Shown one piece after another: positions 1 to 13,000 of a DNA stretch of 64,000 bases. The stretch is from Eledone cirrhosa (Eukaryota). Positions within the stretch are counted from its first letter, which is position 1. Every line of letters begins with the position of its first letter. A program made the position numbers and the translations under genes. The notes beneath the pieces were generated by a model, which was given only the letters and a program-made list of their open reading frames with translations, was not told the DNA's origin and made no database searches. Where the stretch lies: NCBI GenBank assembly GCA_964016885.1, contig OZ024744.1, forward strand, positions 66,588,001 to 66,652,000, read 5' to 3'.

Positions 1-529
1 ATTTACGGACCTTGCGAATACCTGATGATATCACTGGATTCATACGGAACCCGGTCATTGAAATGATCATAGTATAATAAACCTTTCAAGGATTTACACA
101 AGCCCAGCCTCCTGTCATTTTATTATATATATATATATATATCAGGATTACGGGGTATATGAGCAATCATACAAACCTGGGACATTTGTGTTTTGATAAA
201 TTAATGGTGTGCATTAGCGAATTAGCCTATAGTTTGTGTTAATTACTGATATGTGGAAGAGTTTAAAAAAAATTAAAAAAATGATATTTAGATAAAATAT
301 TTCTCGAATATAATTACACAAATGTTCAGCATGTACACACAAATGACATGGTGGATTAAATGTGTGAGTATCTTCAGAGAAATAACTATTTACAGGGATA
401 CATGTAGGGTTAGAACCTATGACCTTGTGATTGAAAAGCGAGCTTCTTATTGTAGCGACATGACTGAGATAGGAAATGCGTTTTATCTGTGCACAAAAAT
501 TAAAGAATTATTTCAGATGGATATGGATA

Positions 530-1120
530 TATGTATGAATTTGTTTTGCAAGGTTTTTTATATGAAATCGTGTGTTGAAACAAATATTGTTATGTTTGGG
601 GAGGGTCGTATTGTTATAATATTGCCAGAAATAATAATGGTTTCTTATATAGGCACAAGGCCAGCAATTTTGGGGGCGGGGAAAGTCAATTAAATGGACC
701 CCAGTACGTGACTGGTACTTATTTTATCGACCTCGTAAGGATGAAAGGCAAAGTTAACCTCGGCGGGATTTGAACTCAGAACATACAGGGCCGAAACTAT
801 TTTATTATTATTGCCAGAAATAATAATAAAACACTCACTATTGGATTGGTTTTCGCTTCTGTATCTTTTATATCTCCATAGTTAATTTATCTGGCAATCA
901 ATGTTTATCATTGATTGACCAACGGTTAAAAATACAGATATAAATATATATATATACAGTCTATCAAAATTCTTTCGTCACACACCTGTGACATCACCAG
1001 TCGTACTATTATGTTTCCTCCCGTTGTATTGTAATGTCTACGCCATTTTTTTTTTTTTTTTTTGCGTAGACATTACTGGCAATATTATTACAATATGACC
1101 CTCCCCAAATATAACAATAT
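530..1120 (-). mobile_element. Decayed 3' end (pseudo-LTR) of PLE family G (Nematis-like) with short inverted tail at 1073-1120; interrupted by a SINE
   Basis: Similar to 8337-8600 and 17280-17570 (tgtgttgaaac..tattgttat..gggagggtc; ctttcgtcacaca..tgtgac); degenerate HHR at about 963-1002. Confidence 0.6.
639..800 (-). mobile_element. tRNA-derived SINE (main family of this window), 5'-truncated
   Basis: B-box (gagttcaaatc on minus strand) and shared body ctttgcctttcatcctt..ggtcgataaaataaagtaccag; flanking duplication tattgccagaaataataat at 620-638 and 809-827. Confidence 0.85.
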
Positions 1121-1125
1121 GTATG

Positions 1126-1188
<63 letters not shown>

Positions 1189-1193
<5 letters not shown>

Positions 1194-1632
1194 TGCTCTC
1201 GAGTGTTACTGGGAACGAACATGTAACCGCGTACAACCTGTCTCATGGTCGGGTTGTCGGCGACTATACCGGCAACCCCACCAAGTTTGATTGGTGAGGA
1301 GGGTGATGTTTGGACACTCTGCGGGATGAAATACAAGACCCAGCAAAGGGCGGAGGAATTCAGCAGAATCAACGACCATCCAAATAGTAGGTTTTTATTT
1401 TACCTGGGAGTGATAGGCCCCCGTTGGGAAACTCTGAAAAAAACCTACGGCTTCGGAAGCATCCGATGATGTTGACCAGTTCTCCTTTTCGGGTAGTGTT
1501 TTCGATGCTCAGAGAGTGGGATTGGTCGAGTGCAAGGCCTTTCCCCACTGTGGCTGGCCGTAACCTAAAAGTGCACCAAACTCTATAATCTGACAAGCCA
1601 TTGCAATACTCTTAGCAGAGTTTGCAGCCATC
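1189..1632 (+). repeat. Unclassified dispersed repeat, family F
   Basis: Start aggttgctctcgagtg..actgg..catgtaac recurs at 60840-61000 (minus) and 62047 (plus); ggacactctgcgggatgaaatacaa shared with the 60.9 kb copy. Confidence 0.6.
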
Positions 1633-1735
1633 ATATATATATATATATATACATATATATACTGTATATTGTTACATTTGGGGAGGGTCATATTGTTATA
1701 ACACACACACACACACGCACACACACACACACACA

Positions 1736-1808
<73 letters not shown>

Positions 1809-1961
1809 TCAAACTAGGGAGCGCACAAGACAAAGACAAAGGAAAAAACAAATTAGAAAGGCGGACAGTTTCATCTCCTTAGTCAACCTCTGGAAATCAC
1901 TACAGTTTCGGTTTATTAAAGTTGATACCATTCATTCCATTGCACAAAGTGTGTGTGTAAC

Positions 1962-2062
1962 GGCGTGTGGCTTATTGATTAGGCTTTTCGACTCACGATC
2001 GTAAGTTCGTGAATTCGATTCCCGGCGCAAGTCACTTTATTTTACTATTTGCTACAGTTCAC
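1962..2062 (+). mobile_element. Decayed tRNA-headed CORE-type SINE fragment
   Basis: A-box-like tggcttattg, B-box-like gaattcgattcc, CORE-like gcaagtcactt; resembles 16990-17220. Confidence 0.4.
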
Positions 2063-2305
2063 ACAGAATCTTCATGAGAATGCTCTTGAGAATTCTCAGT
2101 TACGTGGACGTTAATCTCACGATCAGTTGGTTGTACGGGCTGAGGGGGGAGGGGGGCATGAACAGTTCATAGGGTGATGCTAGGACTGTGAAATCTTACA
2201 TGCATTAATTTCAACTTTCATATTAATAACTGCGTTGTTTCTTTCCAAGGACTGGAAAATAAACCTTATTTGGTCATTCCATGAGAGTATCTTAGGCAGC
2301 CTATG

Positions 2306-2371
<66 letters not shown>

Positions 2372-2465
2372 GTCATATATAGAGATATAAACATATATAT
2401 ATAGTCATATATATATATATGTATATATATATGACTATATATATATGTTTATATATATATATATA

Positions 2466-3304
2466 TATTAGAAAGATCGAGTATCGAAAAATCGGCGCAC
2501 GAGTTCACGATAAACAATATTCGAAATGAGCGGCAGAGGGCTCAATAATTCAGATGAATCAGAGCTATAACTATCGTTAAAATACCGTCACACATAGAAC
2601 AAGTCTACAATCAACCATACGATAAAAAATCGATAATAGAAGATTCGGGACAAACAGATAAAAAATATCAATAAAACAATACATCAATAATTTAAATGAA
2701 TGTAAAATCATACCCGGACCCACTAGAAAGGTGTTAAATCTAGCTTCTTGGGTTTCTGTAAATCCTTAGACTGTACTCTATCAGCTCACATATAAATATA
2801 TAAGACTACTAGAGCAAGAGGAATGGAGTTTACTTCATCAACGAGCTTTTTCCTAGCGGATAAGGGGCTAACCACAAGCGAAATACGCACATGGAATTCG
2901 ACAAGGGAGATAACCTCTACATCCGCGAAAACTATTCGAGGAAATGTGGAAATACACATATCGAATAAGAGTGCTCAATAGACATGTTAAAATAAAACAA
3001 GAGCTATTCATCACTCAATAGAATCGACAAAAAATGAGCAATAAAATTAACTGGTGGATAGCTATGTCCAGAGCTAAAAATATTAGAAAGATCGAGTATC
3101 GAAAAATCGGCGCACGAGTTCACGATAAACAATATTCGAAATGAGCGGCAGAGGGCTCAATAATTCAGATGAATCAGAGCTATAACTATCGTTAAAATAC
3201 CGTCACACATAGAACAAGTCTACAATCAACCATACGATAAAAAATCGATAATAGAAGATTCGGGACAAACAGATAAAAAATATCAATAAAACAATACATC
3301 AATA
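2466..3304. repeat. 224-bp direct repeat (2466-2689 = 3081-3304, period 615 bp) bounded by (TA)n
   Basis: Two apparently identical copies read directly from the sequence. Confidence 0.9.
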
Positions 3305-3476
3305 TATATATATATATATATATATAGTCTTTAAATTTCACACATATATAATGTGTGTATCCATCCCAAGTAGAGTCGGGAGTAACCAGAGTAAAAAAGG
3401 TACTCAATACATGAGTAGAATGGCGACATCATTTCTGATGATTTTATGGAAATTAGATATTTCTAGCCCTTTCTAT

Positions 3477-3571
<95 letters not shown>

Positions 3572-3875
3572 GATGTGTGTAAAGAATTATTACAAGTGAG
3601 TTTAACCGTTACTGTATAGAGAACAATATCTACAGGTTAGCAATTAAATAGAAAAAAACTAAGTCAGAATCAAATCTCTGAAGTAGAGTTTTAAATTACT
3701 AACCTTATAACTATAAGCTTGTTGATATGAATCTAGTTCGTTTCGCCACAGAAATGTCCAGTTTAACAGCCCACAGGTTCCTCAGTCAGCAAGTGTGAAT
3801 TCTGTTCACAACACATCTAACCTCATGGATAGAGAGAAAGCTAATATATACGCTGGCAGCGTATATATATATATG

Positions 3876-4064
3876 CTTTATTCCGGGTTGAATCGGAGGT
3901 AACCACAGTGAGTAAGGTACTCAATACATAGCAGAGTATAAACGTTTTAATATAGAAGAGCTTCTACAGGACTAGAACTGTTTCATTCGTGAGAAATCAT
4001 TAGGGAGCTCTCTGATGATTTCTCACGAATGAAACAGTTCTAGTCCTGTAGAAGCTCTTCTATA

Positions 4065-4067
<3 letters not shown>
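3876..4067. mobile_element. Fold-back PLE-type end, family C
   Basis: Inverted arms about 3948-4007 / 4008-4067 meeting at gagctc; left arm carries an extra tail; (TA)n flanks; family pieces also at 13255-13335 and 45218-45300. Confidence 0.8.
4005..4057 (+). ncRNA. Type I hammerhead motif (family C)
   Basis: gagctct-CTGATGA-t ttc tcac gaa t-GAAA-cag..ctg-TA-gaagctc; GUA cleavage triplet; stem I 6 of 7 paired. Confidence 0.7.
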
Positions 4068-4128
<61 letters not shown>

Positions 4129-4135
<7 letters not shown>

Positions 4136-4251
4136 AACAGATTAAAGTTTAAGCAAAGAATCGCTGCTTTCACCCTTAACGTTAAGGGTGAAAGCAGCGA
4201 TTCTTTGCTTAAACTTTAATCTGTTATTATAATAAATATTTGCTCTACGGG

Positions 4252-4254
<3 letters not shown>
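4129..4254. mobile_element. Palindromic fold-back of PLE family A 3' end
   Basis: Perfect inverted repeat centred on cccttaacgttaaggg; arms match family A ends at 14.1, 41.3 and 43.6 kb. Confidence 0.85.
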
Positions 4255-4298
<44 letters not shown>

Positions 4299-4334
4299 AT
4301 TATTATTATGTAATAAACAACATAAGGCAATTAT

Positions 4335-4392
4335 TCCATTTACCAGTGGTTTCTTAAAAGCAAAAGGTTTTGTTTTCAATCCTCAGAATGAA
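4335..4392 (-). ncRNA. Type I hammerhead motif (family H)
   Basis: Minus strand ttcatt-CTGAGGA-ttgaaaacaaaa cc ttttgcttttaa-GAAA-cc act gg-TA-aatgga; all three stems pair. Confidence 0.75.
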
Positions 4393-4685
4393 AAAATCCT
4401 GGTTTGTTTATTGAATTTGGATTTTAAAAAACAAAATGCAATCTATATGAAAGTGAGGCTGGAGAAGGGAGAAGGAAAGGAAAAAAAAAAAAAAGATAAA
4501 TAAAAAAAAAAAAAAAACTACACATGCAAACACACACAAAAAAACACAAAAGCATACTTACACACACACACACACATACATACATATATATATATGTACG
4601 CATACATATATACATATACACATATATATAAAACGTACACTTACATACACATACACATATATGCACATATACACATACATAGATT

Positions 4686-4767
<82 letters not shown>

Positions 4768-5290
4768 TACACACATACACATACACACACATACACATGT
4801 GTGTGTACAAGCATACACATACACAAACATAGCCATACACACACACATATACATACATACATTCACACAAACATACAAAACGTACATACATACACATACA
4901 TGAATGCACTCCTCTACATATTCACACACGCAAATAAATATAAGAAAAAAAAATATATATATACAGTATATATTAAAAATTTTTGACACCGTTACATGAA
5001 CCAGCTAACAGGACAGACACGCGTGGTAAGTATGTATACATACGTACGAAATAGTAAACACATACACACACTCTCACACATAAATATACATATACAAATA
5101 CATAAACACATACATACACATACATACACAAACACGCACACGTATACAATATATATACACACACATGTATATGTAACTATATACACACACACACACATAT
5201 ATACGTATACATACACACACATATACATACATAGCTAAACAATTATACACATGCAAATACGTATATATCATAAACACGCACAACCAAATA

Positions 5291-5368
<78 letters not shown>

Positions 5369-5386
5369 AATAATACACACACACAT

Positions 5387-5454
<68 letters not shown>

Positions 5455-5602
5455 ACATATACGTACATATACACATATGCATACACATACACACACACAT
5501 ATACATGTGTGTATGTGTAAAACTCAGTCTTAGATAAGACAAATGAACCTTACATAAACGTATATATAGTAGTAAAGTAATAAAGCAACACAAGGCAATT
5601 AT

Positions 5603-5660
5603 TCCATTCACCAGTGGTTTCTTAAAAGCAAAAAATGTTTCCTTCAATCTTCAGAATGAA
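5603..5660 (-). ncRNA. Second family H hammerhead copy, cleavage triplet mutated to GUG
   Basis: Diverged copy of 4335-4392 with CTGAAGA core. Confidence 0.6.
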
Positions 5661-5729
5661 AAAAACCTGGTTTATCCACATATACATACATATACACACA
5701 CAAATATACATATATATACACATACACAT

Positions 5730-5846
<117 letters not shown>

Positions 5847-6029
5847 CACACAAAAATACATACACATACACATAGGTATGTGAAGGGCAAAACAAAAAGA
5901 ATATATGGGGGGGGGGGCATAAGAGGGGATAAAATATAAGGGGAGGTAAGGGAGAAAATTTTTTTTTAAAAATACAAGAGTACAGAATAGAATCAGCAAA
6001 ATAAAAACCGTAGCAGAAGTAAAGAGCAG

Positions 6030-6970
6030 GACGGGTAAAATTTCCGAGATCCATGGACGAGTTCTCTCCAGCAGTCTCTGTCCCTCATTATCACTGCCAT
6101 GACCTGCGTCTCAACAGACCAGTGTCTGTCCTTAGGGCATCAACATATGTTAACTTCGGTCTTCCTCTTCCAGTGTGTCCATGCAGGGGCTCCCACAGGA
6201 GCACTGAGTGCAGTGTCAACTCTGGATGTCGGTGAGCATATCCAGCTAACCCCAGTCTCCTTTGTGTCACTTTTGAGCCGACTTTTGTTTTCATCCTCAG
6301 TGTATACTGATTAATGTTCAGAGCCATCCTCAGCTTCCTCGTGTAGCACCCATCCACCATCTGAGTGAGTTTATTGGTCAGTGTCCAAGTCTCAGTCCCG
6401 TACAGCAGCACAGACTCCACTACAGCAACGAAGAGGCGGATCCTCAGGTCTTTACGAAGGTCCGATTTCCACACCGATCTCAAGCTGTGGCATGCCACCC
6501 AGGCTTTGCTCTTCCTCTCGACCACATCATCTTCCGTATTCCCAATCTTTGCTCCCGAATACAGGAAGTCCTCAACCAATTCTATCGGCTTCCCGCCTAC
6601 ATTAGTAATCTTCTCTGGCTTCTTAATATTCTCTACCAGATACTTCGTCTTAATCTCATTCATTCTCAGCCCCACTCTCATCGACACAGTCTCCACCTCC
6701 TGCATCAAATCCTCTGCCTCCTTCACTGTGTTTGTCACCAAAACTATGTCGTCGGCAAATTCAGCATCCGATATCTTTATTGCCTTAACTCTCCTGCTCT
6801 GAGCCGGTGCTACAGTAAAGCCAGAGTCCTGGTGTTTCTCCAGTGCAAGGCGCATACAATAGTCCACTGCAATTATAAAAAGGTAGGGAGCCAATGTATC
6901 TCCCTGGAGCAATCCAACCAGTATCTCAAAGAACTCTGTCATCCCATCAGGTGTAATGACGGAGAGTAAT
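6030..6970 (-). mobile_element. RTE-clade LINE, 3' part (RT to 3' end), disrupted
   Basis: ORF 6091-6942 has LQGDTLAPYLF, FADD, SVLLYGTETWTLT and GRGRP motifs; 3' end matches 61835-61955. Confidence 0.9.
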
Positions 6971-7180
6971 CTATGACTGGGGAGCTTTCAAGGAAGATGA
7001 TAAGCTACAGGAGAGGTTCACAGTAGAAGTGAGGAACAGGTTCAGTGCTCTGTGTGGAGAGACAGAGGAGAGAGAGATTGGAGAGACTGAGGAGAGTGTG
7101 ACGAGGATGTACGGGTACTTCACCAATGCAGTGGAGGAAGCAAGTGAGACCTTGGTGCCGAGGAGAAAGAACAAAAGGAT
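6971..7180 (+). mobile_element. Inverted upstream segment of the same RTE-type LINE
   Basis: Plus frame reads YDWGAFKEDDKLQERFTVEVRNRFSAL..AVEEASETLVPRRK, typical of the post-endonuclease linker of RTE ORFs. Confidence 0.65.
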
Positions 7181-7244
7181 ATATATATATATATAACTGC
7201 GTAAAAATTGCCTATTGTGTTATGATTGTTGCATTTGTTAACAA

Positions 7245-8290
7245 TCTCTCCGTATATAACATTCTTTATGTCTCTGTTTGTCTGTCCTTATGCATTCCCG
7301 AACGGCTCGACTAAAGACCCCGGGAGTGACAACATATCATTTTTATTTTTATTTGGATTAAAACAATATAACACTTTATCTAAAATAATCTACTATGGCC
7401 AACTATATGGAAACGAATATTTTATAACACAACGATGACATCACATTTTGCATATAAGTGTGTATGTGTTTGGGAGTGTGTATGTGTGTGCGCGCGTTTG
7501 TTTCGTACGTTACACCTTAGTAAGTTACATACACACACATCTTCAAGTAAATAATTAATCAGATACCCAGAGAATTAAACACGCGATTCGGACGCTAGTT
7601 TACACACACACACTCGCACACACATACACACGTGCACGTGCACGCACACACTCACACACACGCACATACGCGCGCGCGCACGCACACACACACACGTACA
7701 TTTACAATTATCTATATATCAATATCTATATCAACATATAATATAAAATATTGGAACTTCCATCATCCTTTTGAGAAACGTGGACCCACTGCTTCTATAC
7801 AATGGCACACACTTTACAGCCAGGAGTAGGATGAACCAGCTCCTAAAGGTCACTATTGTTGGTGGCAATCAAGGAGAAAATGCATTTATTCTCAAGATTC
7901 CTCTTATCCCTTCCTCTACCGAGCTGCCATTCAAATTCTCAAGACTTCAGTTCCCTGTTAGAGCCAGTTTTGCTATGACCGTACATAAAGCTCAGGCTCA
8001 GAGTTTCAAAGTTGTAGAATTGAATACAAAACAATCGGTTTTTACCTATGGACAGTTATATGTAGGTTGTTCACGAGTGGAAACACCTAGAAATCTTCAT
8101 ATACTATGCACAAATGGTAAAACGAAGTATCTGGTGTATCTGGTAGATTTTTTTCAGTTGATTTATTTGTAACACACACCACAGTCTCGCTTAATACTGT
8201 AGACCAGACAAACATCCAATACAGTCATTTTCTCTTCTACCTGTCTTCTCTTATCATCTGTTTACCCAGGCAAAGCTAGGATATCAGCTA

Positions 8291-8291
<1 letters not shown>
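7245..8291 (+). mobile_element. Internally deleted Helitron
   Basis: A|TC 5' end, weak subterminal hairpin then CTAG|T at 8288-8292; helicase remnant inside. Confidence 0.7.
7771..8172 (+). pseudogene. PIF1-like helicase C-terminal fragment (Helitron RepHel)
   Basis: LPFKFSRLQFPVRASFAMTVHKAQAQS and VFTYGQLYVGCSRV motifs. Confidence 0.9.
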
Positions 8292-8336
<45 letters not shown>

Positions 8337-8340
<4 letters not shown>

Positions 8341-9886
8341 CGTTTCTGAATTTGTTTAGCAAGATTCTTTATCTGAAAACGTGTGTTGAAACCGATATTG
8401 TTATGTTTTCGGAGGGTCATGTTGCCAATAAGAAATACACGCACCAGTTGCTTTCACTCCAATTTATTATAAATTAAATTTATAAATTTAAGAATTTATA
8501 AATTTCCGGTTGGTTGGTTGGTTCCATAACGGGACGGTTGTTCATATATTCTCAAAGTTCTTTCGTCACACATTCTGTGACCTCTTCAGTGACTGGGGAT
8601 TCTTTTCTTTGTTTTTGTGCCTCTCCTTTTTTCTGTCCTACGCCATCTTGTTTTTGTGTGTGTTGCGTGCTTAGTTTGCGCATGTGTTACATCCGGCTGT
8701 CTGTGTATGTTTATATTTGTTCATTTATTTGATTATTTACATGTGACTGGTTGGTTGTTTGTTATATGTGTGTGTGTGTGTTTTCATTTTGTCCTTAATT
8801 GTAAGTTGTGATGTTGCTATTCCATTCATGTTTTCTATTTAATTTTGGTTGGAGTTCATTTATGTTTATTGCCTCTGTGATTTGTCTAAACATTGCGCCT
8901 TTTCTGTGTGTAGATTCTATTTTTATTTCTATGTTCTCTAATTTGTCCTTATGTTCTATTTTAACATGTTGGTGGAGTATTGATGATTCTTTTTTATCTT
9001 GAAGTTCTCGCCAGTGTTCATTTAACCGTTCTCCTATACTACGAGCTGTCTCACTTATGTACACTATATTCTTATCTTTACATTGTCCTTCAGTACATCT
9101 TATGCTATATACTACATTTCTAGTTTTACAGTTAATATAGGGGCTTAGTTTACAGATTATGCATTTCTTATCTATACATGGAGGTCTTTGAAAAGGGTAT
9201 GTATTGCTAATAAGTGTTTTTATGGAAGTACCTGGTCTTTCTACTATCTTAATATTAAGTTTATGTTTATCTAGGGCCCTTCTAAATTTGTAAGCTAATT
9301 CACATCTAGGGGTTGTATTGATGAACATTACACTCTGATATTTATTGCTATCATACCATGAGTTTATTCTATTAACCTTATTCCTAGTTCTTTCTATTCT
9401 ATTCCAAAATTTGCTCCTATACAAGGGGCAGGTCCCATTTGTATCATTATTTACCATTTCTTCCCATTTGGTTCTGGCTCCTCTATATACTCTGATTTTA
9501 TCTCTCTGATTGTAACCAGAGAACTGCATACGGTGGATGAAGTATTGTATGTGTCTCTCTAGTTCTTTGGGCTTTCACATGCGGGACACGTTTCTCATCA
9601 CCCGTACCAAATCCGCAATCAGTATGTTGATTTTGGTGTGATCCGAATCAGCTGAGTTTCGGTGGATCAGATATTTGGAAGTCATGGGTTTGGCATAATG
9701 GGAATGGAGGATTTGTTTTTGTTATTAATGGTTTCTAACCAGAGCTCTGTGTCTAGTACAGGTAATCGATGGTTGGGGTGTTTGCTTGGGTTGTCTATAG
9801 TAACTCTAATACTCTTGTGGATGGAGTTAGCTATTTGCTGAATGCTTTCCATGGTGTTTTTCTCTAATTCTTGACTGTTCTCTAGT
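8337..9886 (-). mobile_element. Penelope-like element (Nematis-like, family G), 5'-truncated: RT thumb, linker, GIY-YIG and 3' pseudo-LTR
   Basis: ORF 8795-9529 has SGY..PLYR..W, Cys cluster, NVVYSIRC..YISETARSIGERLNEH..LNRKHEW; upstream piece has IANSIH..LPVLD; clade assignment from memory of motifs. Confidence 0.85.
8551..8593 (-). ncRNA. Minimal type I hammerhead in family G pseudo-LTR
   Basis: gtca-CTGAAGA-g gtcaca..tgtgac-GAAA-g..c-TT-tga; cleaner copies at 17474-17516 (-) and 17610-17652 (+). Confidence 0.65.
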
Positions 9887-10006
9887 GTGTGTGTGGGGGT
9901 GGGGGTGGGGGTGGGGGTGGGGGGGTTATATTTGTGTGTGTGTGTGGGGGGGGTTATATATGTGTGTGTGTGTGTGTGTGTATATATACATATATATATA
10001 TATATA

Positions 10007-10040
<34 letters not shown>

Positions 10041-13000
10041 GTGAAAAATGGAACGGGAACAAAACAGAGAGGCAGTACGAACAAAGGTTTATTAGTTTCA
10101 CGCTCTTGAGAGTGGGGGGGGGGGGGACGTTTCAGGCATAAGCCCTTCTTCAGGCGAAAAGTGTGTGGGAAGAGAGTTCCGAGGGTGTGTAGGGGAGTGG
10201 ATGAGAGACATTTAGAAAAAGGGTGGGGGGAAAGGGTGGAAGGGGTACAAATAAAAAAAAAATAATAAACATGAAAATAAACAAGTGGTGGAAGGGTGTG
10301 TGGCGTGTAGGAGTGGTGGCGGGTGGAGTGGGGAGAGGGAGGCGGGGTGTCCAAGCGGGGAGGGCTGAAGGTGGTGTATGTGTGTAGGTGTACGTGTATT
10401 TGTGTGTGTATGTGAATGTGAGAGTTGGGGGAAGAACGAGCTTCCATGTTCAGGAAAATGTGTGTGTGGGGGGTGGGGGTGTAGGTCGGTGTGTGTGCAC
10501 GTGTGGATGCGGAGGGGGCGGGAGGATTCCGGATGCTGAGTGTGTATATATGTGGGGGTACGCACGTGTGTGTGGTGTTTATACGTATTGTGGATGTAGG
10601 TGGCATGGTTCTAAAAAAAATTTTTGTTGCCGGATATTTTCAATGTTATGGAGTGGATAGTGGGAACGATGGCCAATGGTGTGTAATCCGTGGTTGTGTT
10701 GGTCGGAAGAGGGGAGATGTGGGGTGCGCGCGCAACAGGAAGTGGTCAGAGGGTCAAGGCAGGAGGGGGGTAGAGGACTGTGGAGAGGGCTGTGTGTCTG
10801 TGTGTGCGGAGAAGTGGTCAGAGGGTCAAGGCATAGCAGCAGTAGAGGAGAGTGGCAGGTGGAGAAAATCAGTGTCAGTGTGTGCTGAGGTGCGGTGGAC
10901 AGGGGAGAGGATGGGTAGGTGTGAAAGGTGGAGTGGGGAGGGGGTCGTGCGGAGGGATGGGGTGTGTATTAGTAGAGGTGTTAGTTGGATGTGTGTGTGT
11001 GAAGGGGTATGGGTGGATCGGGGAGAGGGAGAGAAAGGTGTGGGGGACGGTGGAGGGAGTGTAGTGTACTGGTGTGTGCGTGCGTATTTGGATGAGTGTG
11101 TGGTGAAGGGGGGTGTTAGTATACTGGTGGTGGGGAAATGGTTGAATGCGGGTGTGTTAGTGGGGGTCAGTGGTGGTAGGGTGTGTAGAGTGGGTGGTGT
11201 AAGTGGGTGTGGGTGGGTGTGTGCGTGGGATCAGGGGGATGTTAGTATTGTTAGTTGGGGGAGGGTAGTCGGGGTGGGGTGGGGGTGTTAGTATTGTTAG
11301 TTGAGGGGTGGGCGGTGAAAAGGAGGAGTGTGTTAGTGGTGTTCGTGGGGGATATGTGTGTATGTGGGGGGGATGTCGAAGGCTAAAGGAATAGGGGTGG
11401 GGAGTTCAGGCTGGGGAGGAGTGTGGGTCTGTAGGATGAAGATGGTTCGTTGTTCGACCCTGAGGCGGGTGTTCCGTGGCATTGGAATAGGCCACACACT
11501 GTGAGGTGGTGCGCGGAATGTTCAGGGGAGCCAAAGTGGCGGGTGATGGGGGAACTCCCGCCGAGACGAATATCCCGGTGGGTGTTCGGTGAAACGGTCC
11601 GCCAGGTGACGTCCAATCTGTCCGACGTAGGTTGCGCTACACTCCATGCAGCGAAGTCCATAGACTAGGTTGGAGGAGGTGCGGCGGAAGGCGTGCCGGA
11701 CAGAGAGAGAGTGGCCTTTGGGACCCTGGAAGGTGGTGGTGTTGGTGATGTGGGGGCAGGTGTTGCAACGAGGCCTGGGACAGGGAAGGGAACCGGGGGT
11801 GCGTGGGTTGGGGGGTAGGGAGCTGCGGACGAGGAGGGTGCGGAGAGTGCGTGCGCGTATGAAGGAGGGGAGTGGTGAGGATGGAAAGATGTGGGAGGTG
11901 GAGGGGTCGGACTGGAGGCGTCGGAAGAGGTGGAGGATGGTGCGGTGGAGGGGTGGTAGGTGATGGAGAAGGGGAGACGGTGGGTGGGTGTGTAGTGGCG
12001 TGGGTGAGGGTGGTGGAGCGGTGGACAGCACGGGCGCGAGTGAGGGCAGTGTGGACGAGGGAGGGGGTAACCTCTGCGGATGAAATGGCTGACTAGGGAA
12101 AGGGCCTGGGACTCAAAGTCAGCATCTCGGCTGCAGAGGCGGCGGATCCTGAGGAGTTGGGAGTAGGAAATAGAGTGTTTAGTGTGTGTAGGGTGGGAGG
12201 AGGTGAAGTCGAGGTAGGAGTGGGAGTCGGTGGGTTTGAAGAAGGCGGAGGTGACGAGGGAGTGGTGGGAGGGGTCGATGGCGACAGAGATGTCTAAGAA
12301 GTGGACGTGGGTGGTGGAGATAGAGGTGGTGAAGTCGAGGGAAGGGTGGAAGGAGCAGAAGAAGGAAAGAAAGGAGTCGAGCTGTTCTCGGGTGAGGGTC
12401 GTGGCTCCGATACAGTCGTCGATGTAACGACCGTACAGTTCGGGCGTGGGGCCGGTGTACTGGGGAAAGATTTGGACCTTAACATGGCCAACGAAAAGGT
12501 TGGCATAGTTTGGGCCCATTCTTGTACCCATGGCTATCCCCGTGACCTGTTGGTAAAACTCACCCGAGAAGGCGAAACAGTTGAGGGTGAGGACCAGCTC
12601 GGCGAGGCGAAGGAGGGTGGAGGTGGAGGGATGGGGGAGGGGCGAGGGGCGAGGTAGTGCTTTGGGGCACGTAGGCCGTCGGCGTAGGGGATGATAAAGC
12701 GACTTGATATCTAGGGTGAAGAGGAAGGGCTGTGGGCCGGGTGGGAAGGTGAAGAAGTCGAATAAGCGAAGGGCGTGGTTGGTGTCGGAGATGTGGGAGG
12801 AGAGGGTGGTGACGAGGGGGGCGAGGATGGAGTCAAGAAAGGCGGAGATGAGTTCGGTGAGGCAGTTGCAAGCGGAGACGATGGGGCGGCCGGGTTTGTC
12901 GGGTTTATGGAGTTTGGGGAGGAAGTAGATAGTGGGGTTGCGGGGGGGATATGAGGTAGGAAGCGGGGGGGAGTGGGGGGTGGAGACAAGGTGTTGGTAG

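Noticed and set aside
16-62. CTGATGA..GGAACCCGGTC hammerhead-like motif at the window start (also 40738-40770 minus, and CTGATGA at 63989)
   Set aside because: Core or stems are too degenerate, or cut by the window edge, to call
2517-2562. Possible type II hammerhead (GAAAtgagc..gctca..CAGATGA)
   Set aside because: No U to pair A15.1, no stem I and no independent stem II
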